Assembly (NCBI GenBank): GCA_959606405.1 | Contig: CAUHIY010000001.1 | Span: 1 to 48,939 of the forward strand | Direction: 5' to 3' | Source of the DNA: an uncultured Collinsella sp. | Lineage (GTDB): Bacteria; Actinomycetota; Coriobacteriia; Coriobacteriales; Coriobacteriaceae | DNA length: 48,939 nt | Shown here: piece by piece, positions 25,699 to 33,552 of the stretch | Numbering within the stretch: the stretch's first letter is position 1 | Layout: the number at the start of each line of letters is the position of its first letter | Program-made: the position numbers and the translations under genes | The notes under the pieces: model-generated | Told to the model about the DNA's origin: nothing | What the model saw: only the letters and a program-made list of their open reading frames with translations | Database searches by the model: none

Positions 25699-27225
25699 TT
25701 AGTCTGCTCGATAGTGCGAACCCAGGCTTTCAGTTCGCTTGCGCATGGCTTTGACCATTTCCTGTGCCAGCTGAATCTGCGATTGCAGGCGGGCGAGGGC
25801 TGCGACTTCGCTGTCCTGGGCTTTCTGTGTGCTCAAGGTCGTTGCCTCCGTCTTCAAGCCCTCAAGCTCGTGTAGTGCCTCGGATAGGCCTGTTTCGGTC
25901 CTGTTGATCATGCAAAAGGTGCTCATCGTGTGCCTAAGGCTGTGTGTCAGGCGTTCGGCATCTGTTGTGGCAATGCCGTACTGGGGGAGGGTGATATCCG
26001 CCTTCAGGGCCGCCTCAGGCTCTTTCTGCGCTGTGAGGGCTGCCGATGCGCCCGCGATACGTCCGAATACGATGCCGTTGGCGCTTGACAAGCCACCAAT
26101 GCGGTCGGCGCCGTGCATGCCGCCTGTCGCCTCGCCGCAAGCGTAGAGGCCCTCAACGCCCGTGTGCGCGGTCTTATCGATCTTGATGCCGCCGTTAGCG
26201 GCGTGGGCATACATCGCAACGCGCATCTCGTCGGTCGGCGCGATGCCGTGCTCGTCTTGCAGCCAGGTGGCAAAGGTCTGCACAAACTCTGGGACATCCT
26301 CGCGGGGGAAGTCGTAGTGGAGTGCCAGGCCTTCGACACCTGCCTGATCGATGACGAGATCGATAGCGCGGGAGGCCAAGCGTGACGTGAAGGGACCATA
26401 TCCAGAGCGCTGCTCGAGCAGGTCGTTCAGCTTGTCGTCGGCAATATCTACCGGCTGGTCTACATGCACGTAGCGCCAGGTTTTCTCGTTGAAGACCAAG
26501 TTACGCCTGGGCTCGATGAAGCCGGGCATCATCTGCATGAACTCTATATTAGTAAGTGTTGCGCCGTGCGCCAGTGCGATGGCCTGCGAGGAGCTGAGCA
26601 CATCAGCCGACGTAAGGCTGCGCTCGAACAGGCCGCCTGTGCCACCGGCTGCGATGATCGTGGCCTTGGCAGCAAAGGGCACGATTCGATTTTCGGTAAG
26701 GTCGTAGAGTACGGTTCCGGTTATTCTGCCGTTCGTGTCCTCAACAAGGTCGATAAGCTCATGGCGGGGGAGCAGGCGAATGCCGAGCGACTCGATCCAG
26801 GTCGTCAGAGCGTCCTCAAGGGGCTTGCGGGTGAGGCCGCGCCACATGCGCGTCTTGTGGTCAAAGCAGGGGATAAATTGCTTTTGTTGAGCACTCTTGG
26901 CGCTTTGCGGACGCTGGAGCTCAACGCCCAGGTCTTGCTCGAGCCAGTCAATCGCTTGGGGAATGCCGTGGACGAACGTTTGGACGAGTTCGGGGTCGGC
27001 GACACCGCCGCCGACGGTCTGGATGGTGTCGATGAGGTCCTGCTCGTCGTCTTCGTCGACGGGACCGATGAGGCCGAGGCCCCAGGTACCCGGGAAGAAG
27101 CTCGATCCACTCATGGTCTTGCCGGCGCTTGCCACAGTGACGGTTGCACCCGTGCGTGCCGCTTCGATGGCGGCACAAAGGCCCGCAATGCCAGATCCAA
27201 TTACCAGTACATCAGTCGATTCCAT
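25699..27225 (-). CDS. FAD-dependent oxidoreductase, L-aspartate oxidase/fumarate reductase flavoprotein-like
   Basis: DVLVIGSGIAGLCAA, IIAAGGTG, AHAANGGI, GLYACGE, GMHGADR and R.ESLGSHYRAD; RBS GAAAGGA. Confidence 0.85.
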   Translation of the reverse strand: MESTDVLVIGSGIAGLCAAIEAARTGATVTVASAGKTMSGSSFFPGTWGLGLIGPVDEDDEQDLIDTIQTVGGGVADPELVQTFVHGIPQAIDWLEQDLGVELQRPQSAKSAQQKQFIPCFDHKTRMWRGLTRKPLEDALTTWIESLGIRLLPRHELIDLVEDTNGRITGTVLYDLTENRIVPFAAKATIIAAGGTGGLFERSLTSADVLSSSQAIALAHGATLTNIEFMQMMPGFIEPRRNLVFNEKTWRYVHVDQPVDIADDKLNDLLEQRSGYGPFTSRLASRAIDLVIDQAGVEGLALHYDFPREDVPEFVQTFATWLQDEHGIAPTDEMRVAMYAHAANGGIKIDKTAHTGVEGLYACGEATGGMHGADRIGGLSSANGIVFGRIAGASAALTAQKEPEAALKADITLPQYGIATTDAERLTHSLRHTMSTFCMINRTETGLSEALHELEGLKTEATTLSTQKAQDSEVAALARLQSQIQLAQEMVKAMRKRTESLGSHYRAD

Positions 27226-27413
27226 CGGATTCCTTTCTCGTCCGGCGCATTGTCGCACGGGTGATCGGCAATGGGGCCGCAAAGACCCGTCAAATCGGTA
27301 AAGGGCAAATATGGCAGGTGGGCGTCATGGACGCTCTGACGCTCCATCTCTTCACATCTCGTATTTCGCCCCAGCTGATATATCGGCATTAGATACCCTG
27401 CGCCAGCGCAAAC

Positions 27414-27446
27414 AAAAAGAGCCGCTACCCGGGTGGGTAGCGGCTC
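27414..27446 (-). terminator. Terminator after the GGGtGRT gene
   Basis: GAGCCGCTACCC-GGGT-GGGTAGCGGCTC with an A-run on the left. Confidence 0.78.
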
Positions 27447-27481
27447 CAAAGCTCAACTATCTGAGCATCGCGCGGGCGCGA

Positions 27482-28486
27482 TTAGGCCTTGAGGGCCTCT
27501 TCGACGGCGACAGCGCAGGCGACGGTGGCACCGACCATGGGGTTGTTGCCCATGCCGATGAGACCCATCATGTCGACGTGCGCAGGCACGGAGGAAGAAC
27601 CGGCGAACTGGGCGTCGGAGTGCATGCGGCCCATGGTGTCGGTCATGCCGTAAGAGGCAGGGCCGGCGCCCATGTTGTCCGGGTGCAGGGTACGGCCAGT
27701 GCCGCCACCAGAAGCGACGGAGAAGTACTTCTTGCCAGCCTCGAGGCGCTCCTTCTTGTAGGTGCCAGCGACGGGGTGCTGGAAGCGCGTGGGGTTGGTG
27801 GAGTTACCGGTGATCGAGATGTCGACGTTCTCGTGCCACATGATGGCAACGCCCTCGCGGACGTCGTCGGCGCCGTAGCAGTTGACGGCGGCGCGGGGAC
27901 CATCGGAGTAGGGGATGGTCTCGACGACCTTGAGCTCGCCCGTGAAGTAGTCGAACTGGGTCTTCACGTAGGTGAAGCCGTTGATGCGGGCGATGATCTG
28001 AGCAGCGTCCTTGCCCAGACCGTTGAGGATGACGCGCAGCGGCTTCTTGCGAGCCTTGTTGGCGTTCAGAGCCAGGCCGATAGCACCCTCAGCGGCAGCG
28101 AAGGACTCGTGACCGGCCAGGAAGGCGAAGCACTCGGTGTCGTCGGAGAGCAGCATAGCGCCCAGGTTGCCGTGGCCCAGACCGACCTTGCGGTCCTCGG
28201 CGACGGAGCCGGGAACGGTGAAGGCCTGGATGCCCTCGCCGATGATGGCGGCAGCCTCAGAAGCGGACTTGGCGCCACGCTTGACAGCGAGAGCGCAACC
28301 GAGGGTGTAGGCCCACTCGGCGTTCTGGAAGGCGATGGACTGGGTGTTGTTGACGATCTCACGCGGGTTGAAGCCCTTGTCGGTGCAGATCTGCAGAGCT
28401 TCCTCGAGGGAGGCGATGCCGTTGTCGGCGAGGCACTTGTTGATCTTGTCAGCGCGGCGCTCGTAACCTTCGAACGTAACAGTCAT
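27482..28486 (-). CDS. GGGtGRT-family protein, function unknown
   Basis: Signature SGGGTGRTLHPDN, plus AFLAGHESFAAAEGA and TGNSTNPTRFQHP; RBS GGAGG. Confidence 0.92.
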   Translation of the reverse strand: MTVTFEGYERRADKINKCLADNGIASLEEALQICTDKGFNPREIVNNTQSIAFQNAEWAYTLGCALAVKRGAKSASEAAAIIGEGIQAFTVPGSVAEDRKVGLGHGNLGAMLLSDDTECFAFLAGHESFAAAEGAIGLALNANKARKKPLRVILNGLGKDAAQIIARINGFTYVKTQFDYFTGELKVVETIPYSDGPRAAVNCYGADDVREGVAIMWHENVDISITGNSTNPTRFQHPVAGTYKKERLEAGKKYFSVASGGGTGRTLHPDNMGAGPASYGMTDTMGRMHSDAQFAGSSSVPAHVDMMGLIGMGNNPMVGATVACAVAVEEALKA

Positions 28487-28504
28487 AGTTATTTCCCTCC
28501 CTTT

Positions 28505-29239
28505 CTACTCGTGAACCGGGAACACGCTGGCGACGGAGTGAGTCTCCTCGTCGGTGCGCGGGTCGATGTACTTGGCAGCGTTCTCCCACTGACCATAGTG
28601 GCCCATAGCGCCAGCGATGGCCTCCTCGGGGGTCTTGCCGGCCTTGACGGCGTCGGTGAACTTACCGAGGTTCAGGAACTCGAACGCGATGATCTCGTTC
28701 TTGTCGTTGAGAGCCATGCGGGTGACGTAGCCCTGAGCGAGCTCGAGGTAACGGGCGCCCTTGGCCTTGGTGCCGAACATGGTGCCGACCTGGGAGCGAA
28801 GGCCCTTGCCGAGGTCGTCGAGGGAGGCGCCCACGGGCAGGCCGCCCTCGGAGAACGCGGTCTGGCTGCGGCCGTAAACGATCTGCAGGAAGATCTCGCG
28901 CATAGCAACGTTGATGGCGTCGCAGACGAGGTCGGTGTTGAGGGCCTCGAGGATGGTCTTACCGGGAAGGATCTCGGAAGCCATGGCGGCAGAGTGGGTC
29001 ATGCCCGAGCAGCCGATGGTCTCAACGAGGGCCTCCTCGATGATGCCGTCCTTGACGTTCAGCGTGAGCTTGCAGGCGCCCTGCTGAGGTGCGCACCAAC
29101 CCACACCGTGCGTAAGACCGGAGATGTCGGTAATCTCCTTAGCCTGGACCCACTTGCCCTCCTCGGGGATGGGTGCGGGTCCGTGGTATGCACCCTTGGC
29201 AACGGGGCACATGTTCTCCACTTCCTGTGAGTACTGCAT
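28505..29239 (-). CDS. IscU/NifU-N-like Fe-S scaffold-type protein
   Basis: GWCAPQQGACKLTLNVKDGII.EAL.ETIGCSGMTHS...LVCDAIN; RBS GAGGAG. Confidence 0.85.
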   Translation of the reverse strand: MQYSQEVENMCPVAKGAYHGPAPIPEEGKWVQAKEITDISGLTHGVGWCAPQQGACKLTLNVKDGIIEEALVETIGCSGMTHSAAMASEILPGKTILEALNTDLVCDAINVAMREIFLQIVYGRSQTAFSEGGLPVGASLDDLGKGLRSQVGTMFGTKAKGARYLELAQGYVTRMALNDKNEIIAFEFLNLGKFTDAVKAGKTPEEAIAGAMGHYGQWENAAKYIDPRTDEETHSVASVFPVHE

Positions 29240-29642
29240 GCCTCTCCTCTCTATCGTGTTGGCGTCCCGTCTGGGGGTCGTGGCTGGCGATTGCCGGGCG
29301 ACCCTTCGAAAGGGACATGACATGCAGCCCCTATAATACCGCGAAATGCACGGAATATTCGGCGAACGGCTCAGTTTTCGTAGCGAGAAGTCCGGAAGTT
29401 TTAATTGAAACGGTTTAACTCTATGTTCTGTGGTCGCGAACTTCCGTAGAGGGGGTCCGTCTTGGGCAAGCTATTGGTCAGCTCTTGTAAGCATTGCGGG
29501 GGTTGACCTGTTGCAACGGTGCCGTTCGCCGCCTGATTTCTGCCTTTGGCCGCGCGAGTGTATTGTTTTGCGTGAATGTTTTGATGGCACGCTTCAATCG
29601 TGCTGTATTGGATGGCAAGCAGATCCCGGCGAAGGGAGCGCC

Positions 29643-30452
29643 ATGCAGCGCGTTTGGAGAACGGTTACCGGCTTTTACCATGTCTGTGCCCGCGGTACGG
29701 GCAGGCAGCTCATCTTTGAGGGCGATGAAGACCGGTGGGAGTTTTTGGAGCTGATGTGCGAGTGCTGCTGCGAGGAGGGTGTGACGGTTATCGCCTGGTG
29801 CCTTATGGGCAATCACGTGCATTTGGTGCTTACAGATTACGAGGACAGGATGAGCGCGGCGATGCACCGGTTGCTTTTGACGTACGCGCGGCGGTTCAAT
29901 AAACGCACGGGGCGCACAGGGCATCTGTTCCAGAACCGTTTTGACCGGCGCTCGCTCGATACCGACTGGCAGGTGATGGAGGCTATTCGCTCCGTACACG
30001 CCGATCCGCAGGAGGCGGGCATCGGTCTCATTGAGCGTTATCCCTGGAGCAGCTTTGCGGAACATCTACGCTCTTACGACTGTGATGCGGCCGATGCCGC
30101 GAGGGGATTTTCTGATCCTTCTTGCGTGCTTGAACTTTTTGGTTCTGCCGAGGGCTTTATTGCCTATTCGCTTTCGACGCCCGACGGCAGCGAGCCGGCG
30201 CTGTGCGATATGAAAGATACAGAGTGGGAACGCCACGCCTTTGCCGACAAGTTGGCGAAGAGCCTCGGGGTTCCGCTCAATGGGGTTAAAACTGAACCGC
30301 CGGCGCAGCGCGATACCGTTATTGTTGGATTGAACAATGCCGGCTTTACGGTGCGCCAGATTGAGCGGTATACCGGGATTGGCAAAAGTACCGTCTCTCG
30401 TATCGTGCGCGCTTATGCTCAGGTGGACGCGCAGGTCGAGGGATCGAAATAA
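29643..30452 (+). CDS. RAYT/TnpA(Y1)-like HUH protein with C-terminal HTH; catalytic Tyr apparently replaced by Ser
   Basis: FYHVCARG, WCLMGNHVHL (HUH), Y..RFN.R..RTGHLFQNRF and YPWSS. RSVHADP occupies the place of the usual RY(I/V)HxNP. C-terminal HTH FTVRQIERYTGIGKSTVSR. Confidence 0.85.
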   Translation: MQRVWRTVTGFYHVCARGTGRQLIFEGDEDRWEFLELMCECCCEEGVTVIAWCLMGNHVHLVLTDYEDRMSAAMHRLLLTYARRFNKRTGRTGHLFQNRFDRRSLDTDWQVMEAIRSVHADPQEAGIGLIERYPWSSFAEHLRSYDCDAADAARGFSDPSCVLELFGSAEGFIAYSLSTPDGSEPALCDMKDTEWERHAFADKLAKSLGVPLNGVKTEPPAQRDTVIVGLNNAGFTVRQIERYTGIGKSTVSRIVRAYAQVDAQVEGSK

Positions 30453-30463
30453 AGGCAGAAAAG

Positions 30464-30502
30464 AAAAATGGCCGAACCGCTCTTAGTCAAGCGATTCGGC
30501 CA
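30464..30502 (-). terminator. Probable terminator of the suf operon
   Basis: TGGCCGAACCGC...GCGATTCGGCCA with an A-run on the left. Confidence 0.55.
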
Positions 30503-30531
30503 ACGAAATTCTTAAGATTTTGGGATAAATA

Positions 30532-30966
30532 CTACTGATTATTTTGCCCCTCGAGCATGCCGTCGAGGGTGCGCCAGGCGAGCTCGGCGCATTTGACGCG
30601 GGCGGGCATGTGCGAGATGTCCTGGAGCTGGGCGGCCTCGTCCAGGTCTTCCAGGTCCTCCTCGGAGAGCTGCTCGCCGCGGATCATGGCGAGGAAGAGC
30701 TCTGCCAGGCGGTGAGCTTCCTCGACGGTCTCGCCGGTGATGAGGTCGGCCATGATGTCGGCACTGGCCTGACTGATGGCGCAGCCGTGGCCGGTAAAGG
30801 AGGCCTCCTCGATCACGCCGTTTTCGACGCGCAGCTGCAAGGTGAGCTCGTCGCCGCAGCTGGGGTTGATGCCGTCGTGCTCGTGCGTGGGAGCATCCAT
30901 CTCGTACTTATAGTCGGGGTGCGAGTTGTGCTCCATAAATGTGGTGGAGGTGTACAGATTACCCAT
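30532..30966 (-). CDS. sufU: SUF system sulfur-transfer protein SufU
   Basis: NPSCGD, GCAISQAS and PARVKCA; overlaps the sufS stop. Confidence 0.93.
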   Translation of the reverse strand: MGNLYTSTTFMEHNSHPDYKYEMDAPTHEHDGINPSCGDELTLQLRVENGVIEEASFTGHGCAISQASADIMADLITGETVEEAHRLAELFLAMIRGEQLSEEDLEDLDEAAQLQDISHMPARVKCAELAWRTLDGMLEGQNNQ

Positions 30967-32284
30967 TGAACGTGCTCCAAACGTGATGTAGGCCGGCGAT
31001 GAACTTGTCGATGTCGGCCTTGTCGTTGTAGAAGGCCACGCTGGCGCGGCAGCAGGCGAGGTTCTCGACGCCCAGCCAGGTGAGCAGCGGCTGTGCACAG
31101 TGGTGGCCGGCGCGAATGCAGACGCCGTCCATGTCCATGATGCTCGCGACGTCGTGCGGGTGGATACCCTTGACGTTAAAGCTGACGACGCCGTGATGGT
31201 TGTCCCAGTAGATGGAGCCGATGATCTGGACAAAGTCGAGCTGCATGAGCTCGCCCATCAGGTAGTGGACGAGTGCCTGCTCGCGTGCCTGGATGTTTTC
31301 GTAGCCAACCGTGTTGACGAGGTAGTCGAGAGCGGCGCCTGTGGCGAAGATGCCGGCGGCGTCCTGCGTGCCTGCCTCGAACTTCTCGGGGACGGGCGCC
31401 CAGACGGCGTCCTGCTCGGTGACCGAATCGATCATTTCGCCGCCGGTGAGCATGGGCGGCATGGCGTTGAGCAGGTCCATCTTGCCCCACAGGACGCCGA
31501 TGCCCATGGGGCCCATGGCCTTGTGCGCGCTAAAGGCAAAGAAATCGGCGCCCAGATCGGCCACATCGACCGGCATGTGCGGCAGCGACTGCGCGCCGTC
31601 GACGACCAGATAGCCGCCGTACTTGTGCACGAGCTTGCCGAGATTCTTGACCGGGTTCTCGACGCCCAGCACGTTAGACACCTGACCCACGGCCAAGATT
31701 TTGGTCTTGGGGCCCACCTTGGACAGAACCTCCTCGGTGGTGAGTTGACCGGTCTTGGTGGGGTAGAGGTAGACGAGCTTGGCGCCGGTCTCGCGGCAGA
31801 CCTGCTGCCACGGAATCAGGTTGGAGTGGTGCTCCATGATGGTGATGACGACCTCGTCGCCCGGTTCGAGCACTGTGGGCGCAAAGCTCTTAGCGACCAG
31901 ATTGAGCGACTCGCTCGTGTTGCGGGTGAAGACGACCTCGTTGGCCTGTGAGGCGCCGATGAGGTCGGCGATCTGCTGGCGGACCTTCGCGATGGCGTCG
32001 GTTGCCTCGACGGACAGCGAGTACAGGCCGCGCAGGGGGTTGGCGTTCATGCGCTGATAGAAGTCGCGCTCGGCGTCGAGCACACAGGCAGGGCGCTGCG
32101 CGGTGGCGGCGCTATCGAGGAAGGCGATCTCGGGGTGCTGCTGGAAGAGCGGGAACTGCGCCTTGTAGGGGTTGGTCTCGATGTCTACGGTGGGCCAGCC
32201 GCGCGAAGCCTCGTCGCTGGCGTCGAGCTCCATGGGCTCGGGGGCAGTGCAGGTATCGCATTTAACGTGCTCGGTGTCGATCAT
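30959..32284 (-). CDS. sufS: Cysteine desulfurase SufS
   Basis: LDSAATAQ, MEHHSN..PWQ, DGAQS, FSAHK, EAGT and RAGHHCAQP. Confidence 0.95.
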   Translation of the reverse strand: MIDTEHVKCDTCTAPEPMELDASDEASRGWPTVDIETNPYKAQFPLFQQHPEIAFLDSAATAQRPACVLDAERDFYQRMNANPLRGLYSLSVEATDAIAKVRQQIADLIGASQANEVVFTRNTSESLNLVAKSFAPTVLEPGDEVVITIMEHHSNLIPWQQVCRETGAKLVYLYPTKTGQLTTEEVLSKVGPKTKILAVGQVSNVLGVENPVKNLGKLVHKYGGYLVVDGAQSLPHMPVDVADLGADFFAFSAHKAMGPMGIGVLWGKMDLLNAMPPMLTGGEMIDSVTEQDAVWAPVPEKFEAGTQDAAGIFATGAALDYLVNTVGYENIQAREQALVHYLMGELMQLDFVQIIGSIYWDNHHGVVSFNVKGIHPHDVASIMDMDGVCIRAGHHCAQPLLTWLGVENLACCRASVAFYNDKADIDKFIAGLHHVWSTFNG

Positions 32285-33552
32285 GCGAGCTCCTCTTCAA
32301 AGTTGTCGATCAGGTTGTTGCCCAAGCGGACGACGGCGGCGCGGGTGCGCTCGTCGGTCGCGGAAAGCGCGGCGTCCTCCAGCTTGGCGCGGATGAACAG
32401 GTCCTCGGCGGCATTTTGGTCAAGGCCGCGGCAGGCGAGATAGAACAGCTGCTCGTCGCGGACGTGGCCGATGGTGGCTCCGTGGTTGCCGGCGACGTCG
32501 TCCTCGTCGCAGAGAATGACGGGAACGGTCTTGTTGTCGACGCCCTTGTTGGCCAAAAGCACCGTCTCGCGCTCGGTGCCGGTTGCACCCTTGCAACCGT
32601 GCACGAGGTCGATGGTGCCGCGGTAGACCTTCTTGGACGTGCCGGTCAGCACGCCGTTGGCGTCGATCTCGCACTCGGTCTTGCGACCGCGGTGGCGCAG
32701 CTCGTAGTTAAAGTCGCGCACCTGCTCGCGGGCGCCCAGGTAGTCAGTATCGATGGTGACCTTGGCGGTATCGCCCAGCAGGTCGCCGGCAAGGCCGGTG
32801 GCGCTGGCGCCGGCACCCAGGACGGTGTGCTGCACGTTGACGCGCGCGCCCTCGTCCAGGAACAGGCCGGTGTCGTCGAGCGCGATCCAGCTATCGTCGA
32901 GCGTCTGCGTGCAGGTCACGTTGACGGTGGCGTACTCATGGGCGCACACGCGTAGCACGGATCCCACGACGCCTTGGCCGGCAACGGGGGAGTCCAGGGC
33001 AATAAGCAGATCGAACGTCGACTGGGGACGGGCGACGACGTCGATGGCGGCGATGGCCGCGGCTGCATCGACACCGCTCACGCGCACGGTAACCGTGGCG
33101 TGCTTGTATGCGGGCACATCGATGACGATGCGCTTGGTGGCGTGCTCGGCCAAGTAGGCGTAGGCAGCCTCGCCCATGCCGGTCTCGAAGGCTTCAGCAG
33201 GGGAGAGCTCCTCCTCGAGCTTGATGGCACCGGCCTGGTAGACAGAGGTGGCGGGCACGTCAAGCTCGGTCTCGGGCGTGATGCGGGCGCGGTCGGCGGC
33301 GTCGCCGGGGGCGGAGGCGCGCCGCTCGGGGAAGCGCTCGGCCATGGCGTCCATGGCGGCGTCGAACGCGTCTGCCACGCCAGCAAACTGCTCGTCCAAG
33401 CCCTCAACCTCAATGGTCTCGGCGGGAGCGGCAGCAAGCTCGTCAGAGAGCTCGAGCTTGGTCTGATTCATCTTCAGCCAGCCCCATGTGGCAGCCGGCA
33501 TCGCATTGACCTGCTCAAGGGTGGTAGCAGCGGTGTTCGTGGTCTGATTCAT
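32281..33552 (-). CDS. sufD: Fe-S cluster assembly protein SufD
   Basis: YRGTID, P.ILCDEDDV.GNHGATIG and LFYL.CRGL; ATG at 33552 overlaps the sufB stop. Confidence 0.88.
   Translation of the reverse strand: MNQTTNTAATTLEQVNAMPAATWGWLKMNQTKLELSDELAAAPAETIEVEGLDEQFAGVADAFDAAMDAMAERFPERRASAPGDAADRARITPETELDVPATSVYQAGAIKLEEELSPAEAFETGMGEAAYAYLAEHATKRIVIDVPAYKHATVTVRVSGVDAAAAIAAIDVVARPQSTFDLLIALDSPVAGQGVVGSVLRVCAHEYATVNVTCTQTLDDSWIALDDTGLFLDEGARVNVQHTVLGAGASATGLAGDLLGDTAKVTIDTDYLGAREQVRDFNYELRHRGRKTECEIDANGVLTGTSKKVYRGTIDLVHGCKGATGTERETVLLANKGVDNKTVPVILCDEDDVAGNHGATIGHVRDEQLFYLACRGLDQNAAEDLFIRAKLEDAALSATDERTRAAVVRLGNNLIDNFEEELA

Noticed and set aside
27226..27410. Riboswitch or small ORF upstream of the FAD oxidoreductase
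   Set aside because: No recognisable aptamer consensus or convincing fold; the 82-aa ORF runs through a terminator and has no motif.
27311..29230. Long antisense and alternate-frame ORFs (e.g. 27311-29230 +, 34068-35825 +, 17660-19282 -, 12307-13908 -)
   Set aside because: Shadow ORFs expected from high GC3 codon bias opposite well-supported genes; no recognisable motifs.
29272..29305. Plus-strand GGGTCGTGGCTGGCG...GCGACCC resembling the P1 of a ZMP/ZTP riboswitch
   Set aside because: It lacks the downstream GCC...CGCCTGGGC pseudoknot hairpin, is antisense to the adjacent operon and has no purine or folate gene downstream.
29643..30452. Active IS200/IS605 insertion sequence
   Set aside because: No tnpB, no clear subterminal IS hairpins, an extra C-terminal HTH and an apparently missing catalytic Tyr; it fits the RAYT-like class better.
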